Shown piece by piece: positions 13,575 through 26,500 of a DNA stretch of 64,000 nt. The stretch is from Octopus sinensis (lineage: Eukaryota). The stretch is from positions 74,710,001-74,774,000 of the forward strand of contig NC_042997.1 of NCBI RefSeq assembly GCF_006345805.1, in the 5' to 3' direction. Below the pieces are notes generated by a model. It worked only from the letters and a program-made list of their open reading frames with translations. It had not been told where the DNA came from and searched no databases. The position numbers were made by a program, and so were the translations under genes. Position 1 is the first letter of the stretch; each line of letters starts with the position of its first letter.

Positions 13575-16500
13575 TACTTTAGTGTAAATGGTTAGCATAT
13601 GTGTTAATGGGTACATGTATTGTCTGAATTCTACAAGCAGTTTTCACACTTTTTTCTACAACAAAGCTTTTAGAATGGATCTGGTTGATGCATATTGAAA
13701 GATCACTTTATGTTTGTGTGTATACACACATATAAACACACACACACAAATATAAAATTGAACATCCATGGCCTAGTGGTTAGGAATGTTGCACTCATGA
13801 TAGTGATTTTCAAACTGGCTGTGCATTGTATTCTTGAGCAAAACACTTCATTTCATATTACACCAGTTCACCCTGCTGTAAATAGGTAACCCCATGATGG
13901 AGTGGCCTTTCAATCAGGTAGGAATGTTGGCCTGTTCACCTAGCCAGCAGAATGGCATTGATGTATAACAACATCTGATCAATACTGTGATACTATGATA
14001 TATATAAATATATTAATACACACAGACATGTATGTACCTAACCACATCTCCTGACCTCTTTTGACAAATATGTCCTCACTATATAGACTAGTATATATCT
14101 AATCTAGTGCATTGACCATTCTGTCTTTCCATCACAGGATAGTATATTATTCCTACTCAACCCTAATTCACTCTCTATTCTTTACCATGGATTATTATCA
14201 AATATTCTTATTTGAACATAACCAAAACTAAAGAGAGCAATAATAATAAAGCATTTATTGGTACCCTACCATCTCAGATTTATATCACAGAATATTACAT
14301 TTGGAGAATGTTGTATCACTGTAAAGTAGCAGGATAAACAACATACTTGGTTTTACCATTTGGTGTGAATATGAAGAGATTGTTGCCATTTCCAATTCTG
14401 GAACAACCAACATAAAGCTGACCATGGGAGAAGAACTGCTGCATGAGGAGAAGTCCAACAATTTTCAGTGATTGTCCTTGGCTCTTGTTAATTGATATTG
14501 CAAAACTAACACTTACTAGAAATTGAAGTCTCTTGAATTCAAAGGGCATACATTCTGGAATCAGTGGACTTCTTGGAATAAACACGTTTTCTCTCTTTCC
14601 TTGTCCAGTGAGGATTGTTGCTGCCAAAAGATGTGGATGCATTTGCCTGACAATCAGTCTTGTTCCATTGCACAGCTTTAGAGGATACAGATTTCTCAAA
14701 AGCATGACTGGAACTATTTTCTTCAATGTCAGTTTGTTAGAAATCATTCCAGGAGGATCCAAAGAGTTAAGAAACTAAGTAGGATAATTCACATATTCAC
14801 TGGGGTCTACAACAATATCAATATTTTTTTTCCTCGGTATTGATTGATTGCATAATTTTCCATTTGACAACCTGGACAGTTTCATTCTTTGGGTAAACAA
14901 CCTTTTGCAAGGAAAAAACTTCAAATCTGAAGAAGATGCAAAAACAACCTTGCATAATTTCATCACCTCTTGCTCTCCAGAATTCTTTGCTGCCGGCATA
15001 AATAAGCTACTGATAGATTGGCAAAACTGTGTTGATAATTCAGGTGCATAATCAACTCTTCTACAGTTTTGACCAAAATGCCACAGCCATTTGGAAAAAT
15101 GATGTCTCCATTACTGTCTTGCTGAATGCTTCTATTTCCCAGATCCAGTAGCTGAGCTGCAAATCTTCCAGTACCCAATTCTCTAAATAAACTGACTCTG
15201 CTGAAAGCTCAATCTGGCCAGAAGTCCAATCAGGCCAAAAGTCCAACCTGGCTGAAAGTCCAATTTGGGTGAAAGTCCAATTTGGGTGGAAGTCCAATTC
15301 TTCAAAATTTCCTTCCAAGTGCTTCAATTCACAAACTCCATGGAACTTCAAAACTTTATGAACAAGGAACCTTTCACTAACTTGGATCTAGTTTTAAATG
15401 AACTGTATTGAAAATATTTTAAAAATTTGTTGTAGCATATAACAAATCCTCATCCAGACCTGATCCCAATGCTGGGTGTTCAAGAACCAAATGAAGGTCA
15501 GATTTTCAATCCCAGGATCATCCTAATTCCAAAAATATGTCTATGTAGAGCACAGTTATACTGAGATAGCAGGTCCTGGATGGACAGACAGACAGAATTT
15601 CATGTTTATTATCATAGCTAAGTAGTGGATGTTCACAATCACACAGGTGCATACCCACATATGCAAGAAAAATAGTACATGTTATGAATATATATATATA
15701 TATATATAATATACACACACATACAAACATACTTCCACACTCACGTTGACGTAAATACATGTACATACATATATACACATACACCCACATTTTACCCTAC
15801 TTTCGTTCTAAAATTCTAACAGCACAGAGGCTATCCAATGGTTTAGATTCTTATCCTATAAAAATAGATATAAATATATTCAAGTTGATATAGATGAGAA
15901 TTATTCTAGCTTCTCACCCATTCTATTTAATAAGGCCTAAATTTTTGCACTTGAAAATTCTAGGAAAATTCTAGGAAAGATGTGGATATAATTTTAGCAG
16001 CCCTTCAAACAGTTATTAAAGTTGATGGGAATATTTGGGCCCATAAGGTTACCTCCAATTACTTTGACACCCCTATGTGAATATATATGCCAATAAACAT
16101 TTATTTTGAATATTTTGAATATAACTGTGTGCTTATGGGTATGTACACGTGTGTGTGTGTGGATATACATATGTGTACATTGTGTGTGTGTGTGTGTGTG
16201 TGTGTGCAGGTATGTATATATGTACATGTAGATGTACGTGTATGGTTGCATATATATGTGGGTCCACATGCATGTTAGCTTGTTGATATTGTGTATTGTT
16301 TGAAAATGGATGAATATATCAGTATGTCTATGTTCCTATGAGTGTATATACAAGAAGGTACCCAAAAGTAACCAGAAACGTTCTCTGTATGAATATATAT
16401 ATATTCCATTGTAGTACAGGCCTCTGCCACTAGAAGCCACTTGATGCAACCCTCAGGCATCAGTCTGCCAAGCAGCAACATTGAGTAAGGTTGTAGTATC

Positions 16501-18596
16501 ATGTGGTGCATTTTTGTTTTGCCATGCTTCTCCCTGATTCGTTGATTTTTACAAAGAATGAAATGAAAGAACAGCATGCTTCTGAGAAATTTTGTTTTCT
16601 GCTGAGGAATGGTGGCTGAAATAGTGGTCATGCTTCAAACAGCTTAAAAAAACATTGCCATGGGCAAAACACAAGTTTATGAGTGGTTTTCATGCTTTAG
16701 GAATGGTCACTTGTCACTTGAAGACAAACCTTGTTCAGGGCAACCATCAATCTCTCAAAATTAAACATCAGGAAAATTCATGAACTGATCTTGGAGGACC
16801 ATGACCTAACAACTGACAAACTTGTTGATGTGACTGGTGTGTTCTGAACCTCCTGCTATGAATTTTGCAAATGAAGACTTGTAGCAAAATCTCTGCCTCG
16901 CTTGCTCATGGAAGACCAAAAGTAGTCACAACTAAATGCATTAGAAAATTATTATTTTTAAATCTCACAACAAGGGATATTCAGCAACAGTACTTTGTAG
17001 TAAAGACTGTTTGCCAACATAATATGACAGTCCTTGTTCAGGATGAATGTTGCTGTAATTTAGCCCCAGGAGACATTGTCTCCAGCTGGCTATACGACAT
17101 GATCTGTGTCCTTATATTTTCAAACAAGGGAATCTAGCATCCCCACTCAGCTCAAAGCAATATCTATGTATCGCGATTTCTGGTTATTTCCCTTCATTGG
17201 CACAGAATAACCGTTCAGCTTGAGGTGGCACTGCCAAATTCCCATTCAAAATGTATAGTTTTCAAAGTGACAACTTACAGAGGGGAATTTTAAGGCCAGG
17301 TACAACAATCACACCTTGAGCTTCAGGTACTGGGATAAAAGGAAAACGACCGAATTATCCAGTCATATATGGTCCTTAAAAGATAAAAGCATCAGTTAAA
17401 ACATCCATTGGAAGATCTTAGCCAAGTATAAGCCTTACGCCAACAGCAGTGGAAAGTGTGGTCTTTGTGATATGGAAAGATGGCTCATCTGGACAAGCAG
17501 CTTAGCCCCCCACAACATGTCTAAATTCAAGAACTGAACTTTTTGGATCATGTTCATATGTAGCTAAATATTTGTTGCGTTTTTGGTTCCCACCCCACCA
17601 AGATCACAGATAGAACCTGCTTTTTATATTGTGTCCACATACAAGTATCTTATCTCTCTACACTTTTTATATATATTTTTTACATGTTCTTTACATATTA
17701 TTTTACATCTTTATAGATATATTTTTATATTTTTATTGCTTTATATATTTTTACACATTTTTTTCTATATTTTACCTTTCACCTTGCATTTATCTTGTGC
17801 AAGTGCGCATATAGACATGTATATGAACTTATTTGTGTGTGTACGTGTGTGTGTATGTGTGCAGGTATGTTTGCATGTATATGTGGGTGTACAAGCGAGT
17901 GTTCCATGTGAGTGTGAGTGAGCATATGCATATATAGCATGTACATACTTTAGACATGTATTTGAATATAACTGTGTGCGTATGGGTATGTACACGTGTG
18001 TGTGCGGATATACATATGTGTAGATGTACGTGTATGGTTGCATATATATGTGGGTGCACATGGATGTGTTTCACATGAGTGTGAGTGAGCATATAGCATG
18101 TACATATTTTTAGACATGTATTTGAATATAACTGTGCGTGTATGGTTATGTGGATGTGTGTGTATGTATGCATGGATATGTATACGTGTACATGCATGGT
18201 TGCATATATATGTGCATCTATTGGCATATGTGTGGGTGTACATGTATGTGTTTCATGTGAGTGTGAGTGAGTATATGCATACAGGCACAGGTACATGGGT
18301 GTGCGTATGTGTATGTATGTACATGTGCACAAGTAATTGCTATGAGCATCTTTACTTCTTTACTTTTACTTCCTCCCCTTCGGTTTTTTTCCCCTTATTT
18401 AATGGTCATTCTAATAGCTCTTTTGTCTTAATAATGGTCTATTACATAGTAACTTCCCTTTGTTTAACTGTAATTTTCATAGCATATTTTGATTGCCTCA
18501 GTAACTGTAGAGCTGCTGGAGCAGGTTTCTGCTCTGACATCCGAAACTTGGAGTCTTATTATGGCAACCGAATAATTGTCACATATTATATTACAG

Positions 18597-18627
<31 letters not shown>

Positions 18628-20525
18628 TACATGATGGCCATCCACTCGTGAACGAGGAAGACCATTGCTGACCTTCAGGAACATTGTGCGCTCTAGGACT
18701 AACTTATATTTTGCATTTGTGGCTCCGTTAGTGGCTAATGAACCCAGCTCTTGACAAGCATACACGACTGCAAACATTGCAGACCAAGCTTTCCCCATTC
18801 ACTATATGAGCCGTGCGCTTTCGCGCAGCTCGCTTAAGTTCTTCATGCTGGATATGTGCTCTCTCAAAAGTGTCGATCCCCTCCTTAACCTGCTTCCTCC
18901 ATCTGTGGCAATGACAGGCATTGTTCTCCCAGTCAGTGTCCTGTATATCAAAAGCCTTTAACGAGGAATTGACACAGTCCTTAAATCGTAGCCTTGGTTT
19001 CTCCTTCCATTCACAAGTTCTCCATAGAGCATCTGCTTAGGAATCCTTCTATCCTCCATTCTAATAAGGTGTCCAGTCCAACGCAACTGGTGCTTGTGTA
19101 CCATCGCCTCAATACTCAAGTTATCAGCTGTCCTCAGGATCTGTGTGTCTGGAATTTTTGAGGTCCAGCCAACATTGAGAATGTGTCTGAGACATCTCTG
19201 ATGAAAACGTTGAAGGACTCTTACCTGACGTTTGTACAGAGTCCATGTCTCACATGAGTAGAGAAGTGATGTCAGTACACAAGCACAGTACACAGCAACT
19301 TTTGTTCTCCTTGCAATGCCATGTTGGGACCAGACACGAAACTGAAGAGACTGGAAGGAATTAGTTGCTCTCTGCAGCCTGAAATATATTTCCTCATCCA
19401 GAGAGCAAGAACGGCTGAGTGTGCTGCCCAGGTAGACAAACTTGTCTACTACCTTCAGAATTGTTCCTTCAACCAAGATAGCTGGTTCTATAAATGGATT
19501 TCCTGGTGCAGGCTGGAACATTACAACAGTCTTGTCCAGGCTAATGCTGAGTCCAAATGCCCTGCAAGAAGCAGAAATGCAATTCATGAGTATTTGCATG
19601 TCATCCACTGTATGAGTGACTAAGTCACAGTCATCTGCATAAAGGAGGTCATGAATAATAGACTGGGAAACCTTTGAATTGGCAGCAAATCGGCGAAGAT
19701 TAAAGAGGCGGCCAGAAGATCGATATCTGACATATATTCCCAGAGAGCTAACCTTAGCAAAAGCATGAGTAAAAGCAGTAGCAAAGTACAAAGAAAAAAG
19801 AGTTGGGGCAAGGATGTCACCCTGCTTGACACCATTCTCTACAGGAATGGGTCCCGCCATGGTACCACTAACATTGACCCAAGCCTCCATCCTATCATGA
19901 AATGATTTAATTATAGATACAAAATGATCCGGACATCCAAGTTTGCCAAGTATTTTCCATAGAAAGGCCCTATTTACAGTATCAAAGGCCTTAGTTAAAT
20001 CAATGAATACCTAGACAAGATCCATATTCTGCTCATAGCACTTCTCCTGCATCTGTCTTGCTGTGAAAATCATATCCATTGTCCCTCTACCAGATCGGAA
20101 GCCACATTGAGATTCAGATAGGACATCATTTATGAGACACCCATTCAGACGGGTAAGAAGAATAAGTAAATTGAATCTTGGTAGGGCACCTGGAAAGGAT
20201 GGAATTTGTGCCGAGGTTTTGCGATTTGGTGGTAATTGCATCACACAGTCCCTTCATGAACTTATTAGTGCAGTCTGGAGAGATGGTGCAATCCCTAAGG
20301 ACTGGAAGGATGCAATTATTCTTCCTCTATATAAAGGAAAAGGAGCCAGAACAATGTGTGGTAACTACAGAGGTATTGCTCTACTATCAGCTGCTGGCAA
20401 GGTTCTGGCAAATATTCTTCTTACCCGTCTGAATGGGTGTCTCGTAAATGATGTCCTATCTGAATCTCAATGTGGCTTCCGACATATATACATACATATA
20501 TATATACATACACACACACACGCAC

Positions 20526-20604
<79 letters not shown>

Positions 20605-23477
20605 CACTATACTTGGAATGACCAATTTTAAATACTAATGTATTTTACTCATAAGGTATTGGAATCTTATATGTATACCATTCTGCCTAAATAATGGATC
20701 TACAAATACAAAATCCCTGCATATCACACATCTATTTTCATTCCTCAACCTCACTCTCTATTTCGTATCTTATCTAAATTAACTATTGCTTAACCATCTT
20801 CTCACACCATCTCTGATGAAGAGATACAATAAATATCCTAGAAACAGCTGTAAGACCTAATTTTTTTCCATAGCAAGATACAAAATCTATATAGCCTTGG
20901 TTTTTATCTCATTATGGAAAAAAACATTTTTATATACACACACTGATATACGACCTAAGTTGGACCCCTTATTCGCATAATCATTGAACCTAGAACTTAA
21001 CCTAGAACTTATCCAGCATTACTTGACACCTTTGGGTTTCACTGACACCACAACCTCTCATAAATGACATAAATATATCTCTTATTATAAAAGGCAGATT
21101 ATATCTGCCTCCCTTTGTATCTTATAGAAATCTACAATATAGGATTTCTTCAATTACAATTTACCTAGCATTTTTAAGAGTAGAATGCATCGGGTCGTGC
21201 CAGGTCCAGTTTTTAAATTTTCAACCCCAATTAAGCAAAATTTAGAGAAAACTCACATTGTGGTGTATAAGTCAAATGCTTCTCTTAGTGTGGCCTACAC
21301 CACACGCACACGCACACAGACAGTGTGCAACGAATAAAATGAAAGTAATTCACTTTTTGTAGTGAGTGACTCTTTCAGTCTGCCACTTCCTCTTTACGCA
21401 CATAGACACGCAAATATATAAATAAAATTGTAAGCTAATGTGCGTGTGTGTGAGTGTGCGTGTGTGCGTGTTTGTGTGTGTGAGGGTGCGTGTGTGTGTG
21501 TGTGCGCGTGTGCGTAAGTGTGTGACAGGAAAGTCTTTTAGGACGAATATAAGACCTATATCCAAGTAGCAGAAAGATCGCCCAAAAGTGTATATAGATA
21601 TTTAAATGTATTTATATATTCATCTATACACAGATGTATGTATAATGTGTGTGTATATATTTCCATAGAGGTAACGTTTCACTCCATACAAAGTTTTTTA
21701 GGACGAATATAAGATCTAAAGCATATACAAGTAGCAGAAAGATCGCCCAAAAGTGTATATAGATATTTAAATGTATTTATATATTCATCTATACACAGAT
21801 GTATGTATAATGTGTGTGTATATATTTCCATACACGTAACCATTCACTCCGCCCAAAGTTTTTTAGGACGAAAATAAGATCTAAAGTTATCTCTAAGTAG
21901 CACAGAGATCGCCCAAAAGTGTATATAGATATATAAATGTATTTATATATTCATCTATGCACACATGTATGTATAACGTGTGTGTATATATTTCCATAGA
22001 GGTAACCATTCACTCCATACAAAGTTTTTTAGGACGAATATAAGATCTAAAGCATATACAAGTAGCAGAAAGATCGCCCAAAAGTGTATATAGATATTTA
22101 AATGTATTTATATATTCATCTATACACAGATGTATGTATAATGTGTGTGTATATATTTCCATACACGTAACCATTCACTCCGCCCAAAGTTTTTTAGGAC
22201 GAAAATAAGATCTAAAGTTATCTCTAAGTAGCACAGAGATCGCCCAAAAGTGTATATAGATATATAAACGTATTTATATATTCATCTATGCACACATGTA
22301 TGTATAACGTGTGTGTATATATTTCCATAGAGGTAACCATTCACTCCATACAAAGTTTTTTAGCACGAAAATAAGATCTAAAGTTATCTCTATGAAACAG
22401 AAAGATCGCCCAAAAGTGTATATAGATATTTAAATGTATTATATATTCATCTATACACACATGTATGTATAATGTGCATGTATATATTTCCATAGAGGTA
22501 ACCATTCAATCCATACAAAGTTTTTTAGGACGAAAATATTTATATATAAAAGAAAGGTTGTGTGTCTGTCTACTCCGATTTAGATTCCTAACTACTCCCA
22601 CATTTTGCGATGCAGTTTAACCAAAACCGGGTATCTTATAGTCGTGATTCATATCGAGCCCTTCTGGGTATTAGCGCGCGTCTACGATGAGTCTATGATT
22701 TTACAAATAATTTACCATCATTTTTTTCCATTTTAATGCATATTTTTAAAAATAAACGGAAGTAACTCTCAAACTTCACACCAATATGCGTGCTCATATG
22801 CGACATAATATCACATCAGCAGCATTTCCTCACACCCTCCTTGCACTTGGCGAAGGCAAAATACAAGGGGATGAAAATGGTAATATTGCCATCGATTCCA
22901 TTTGTACCATTGTTAAGACGCCTTCTGATCTCAGAGATGCAGTGTTCCCAGATCTACAAGCTAATTATCAGAATATGGATTGGATTGGCAAAAAGGCTAT
23001 ACTGGCCCCGGGGAATAAAACTGTTCACCATATTAATGATGAAATGCTAAAACTCATTCCTGGGGAAGTCTATGTATATCAGTCTATCGATACAACTCCT
23101 GACCCAGAGGACGTTATCAACTATCCAATAGAGGTACTCAATTCCTTTGAGCACCCCGGACTACCACCACACTTTCTCAAACTTAAAGTTGGTGCCCCTA
23201 TAATGCTCATCAGAAATTTGGTTCTCCCAAAACAATGCAATGGCACACGTTTGATCGTTAAGTCCTTATCTCCCACCGTAAGCTTATATCAATATTTGCC
23301 TGAATAATCATCATAATTCAGTGCAATCATTAACAGTACTTTCAAGCAATTCAGCCCCAAGCAACGCCGGGCAATTCTGCTAGTATATATATATATATAC
23401 ATATATATACACATACATACATATATACATACATACATATATATACTTAATATATATATATTTATATATATATATAT

Positions 23478-23536
<59 letters not shown>

Positions 23537-26500
23537 TAAATATACATATTATAGTTACTTAGGGGTATTTAATTAGAAGGGCTGTTTGTATAAAGCCAAT
23601 ATAAATACCAAAATTAGGAGGAAGATTTATCATTGAGGTGAGAGAACAAATTAACACAAATAACTTTTAAAATCTATTTTATACTTCTTAATTTAATATT
23701 AGTATATAATTAGCATGTCATTTTAACAACAATTATTCTTTTAACCAATACCGGGTTTCAGTCCTTAAGCTAAATAAGTTAATTAACAATTTTTAGCTCA
23801 TAATACTTAAATTATTATATGTTTTCTATAAACATTTGCTATTGAAGTTAATAAGATATGGATATGGATAGAAGATGCTATGGTTAATGGAACCATTAAA
23901 CCCTGTATACTCCACTCACACTATCAGAAACCGATGGCTAATCCGTAGTGACTCAGCTATGTCGAGTACTACCAAACTCAACATCCTAGTGGCAGACTTA
24001 GTTAGAGTAATGAGGAATGTATCCCCACTATGCCAACCAAAAGAACGACAACAACACATCCAGCACTACATATTCCGAATGCAATGCTCCAGATACACAC
24101 AAAACGATAGAGTCAGAGTGTACAAAAGAACAAAAGCGAGATTCGAATGCATTCTAAGGGACGACGAAAACGATATATGCCCCCTATACCGCAACAAGTT
24201 CTGGAATAGGTTAGAGAGAGACACCAACAAAAGGAAGAGATACGATACTTGGTATGATAACAGGAAATTTCACGGGGTAATGTTCGTTGACGCCACACCT
24301 AAGAACAAGCTAAGTAAGGCATTCAAGAAAATCCTGCACACTACTGGCCTTAAAATCAAGGTTGTAGAAAAGACAGGTAGGACTATCAAATCTGCATTAT
24401 GCAGATCATATCCATTTGATAGAATCACGTGTCAAAGTAATTGTGCAGTATGTTCAACAAACCCACATGTGAACTGCAAAACCAGGGGCACTGTATACCA
24501 AATTGAGTGCCAAGAAGGACCTTGCGCAACTAACCCAGAGTCATACATAGGTGAGTCTTCTAGGAGTATCAACTACATTAAAAGGAAACCAAACTCCATC
24601 TTCTATCAACATGCTCTAGACTGCCACAAGGGATCCTTAGGAAAACTTAAGTTAAACATCCTATCAACACATCCCACCGATGCAATGTTGAGACAGGTCA
24701 CAGAAGCTGTTTGTATACAAGAATACAAACCTACTCTCAACCGAAAATCCAAATGGACTAACATCCAGATCCCATTCAGGAGGACCATTCTATAACCACC
24801 CCTCTCACTCATTTACATGTAATCCTTACATACATGTTGCAATGCATGGTGCTAAAGCACTTATGTGCAGTTATATATAACCGTATGAGCGTACGTTGTT
24901 TGATACGTATGTGCATGTATGGTGCTATAAAAAAAAAAGCATGCGCATATGAGTATGTATGGATGGATGTATTGTATGTGTATGCGTTTAGGCATATATA
25001 AAAAAAAAAAGAAAAGTGCAGATAGGTTAATATAATGCATGTCCGATTTTTAACCATTGCCCTTGAATACCGTGTCATATTTATGTATGTATGTGTGTGT
25101 GTGCGTATGTATGTTTATGCGTGTGTATGTGCGTGTGTGTGTATGTGTGTAATAATACATATGTATGTAGAAGTGGATAAGCATATATGAGTATATAATT
25201 TAAGATTATATGTATATTTAAGAGTGTGTCTATATGATTGTGTGTACTTGTATATATGTATACGGTTATATGTGCACTGCTGCACCTAAACATTGTATTC
25301 ATTCACCGTTAGACGATGATGAGAGGGACAAACACACACCCACACATATATATATATATGTGTGCATCTATATGAACATATATGTGTGTATATATACAAC
25401 CTTCAACAAAGTAACAGTCATGTACACAACTTGGATAGACACATACCAGTACATGGACATACGTTCACATGCACATACACATGTACACACACACAGACAC
25501 GTCTGCCCATTCTCCTGATACTCACATACATACGTAGCATATAAGTACAAACATACATACATGCGTATGGGCATACACACGTACATACGCACGTACATGT
25601 ACACACATACATACGCACATGCATATGTGCGCATATACATACATACGCACATGCGTACATATACACATACATACATACATACATATGTATATATATATAT
25701 ATATATATAACCTGAACTAACTAGATGTAAGGGAAAAAAATGAAAAAAATACACACACATATACATATTTGTATATACACACACATATGCATATACTATA
25801 AACTTATAAAGCTAGTAACTTTTAGAGGCGGGGGGTGGGTGAAAACTGACCATTGATATCAAATTACAACCTCAATCAGTATTTCAATCGAAATTAAGAA
25901 GTTATTTATGGCCACTACCATCCCATCAAAGCCAAAATCTTATTCTCAGCCCTTTAGTATCTTATCTCTTTATCTCTTACTCTACTTTATATTCTCAATT
26001 CTTTTGTCTTTATCTTTTTTTGTTACTTTATTCTTATTTGGCTAATTCTTATTTATATGTGGTTCTAACTTTATTATCCTTATTTTTTACTTTTTTTATT
26101 ATTATTTTTGCTTTTTTACTCTTGTCTTTTGCTTCTATTGTCTTTTACTTCCAGTACTCTTGCTCTTTATTTCTTTTTTTTATTGTTTTATTTTTTAACT
26201 TTTAACATTTATTTTTTCTCTCTATTTTTTCTTTTTTTTCCTTTTTTCTTTCTATCTTATTTTCCTTCCTATCTTATACAAGGGAATTAAATATAAACTC
26301 ATTCCAATCTATTTAACATTCACTCTTTGTTGACTGGCGATACAGTATGGGCAGATTTTCGAAATCCAATGAATCTTTATACATTTATACAGTAAGGAAA
26401 TTTTACAAATATACTTTTTCAAGGAGATATGATAAACCCATTATAATGGGTAATATTACATGTAATTTTCATATTTTTTATATTGTGATGTAATTCTTTG

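Noticed and set aside
13255-13616. MYVC/HTYI-repeat ORFs, and similar ORFs at about 17600-18600, 25100-25800, 37800-38100 and 40800-41300
   Set aside because: These are translations of (CATA)n and CA/TA-rich low-complexity DNA.
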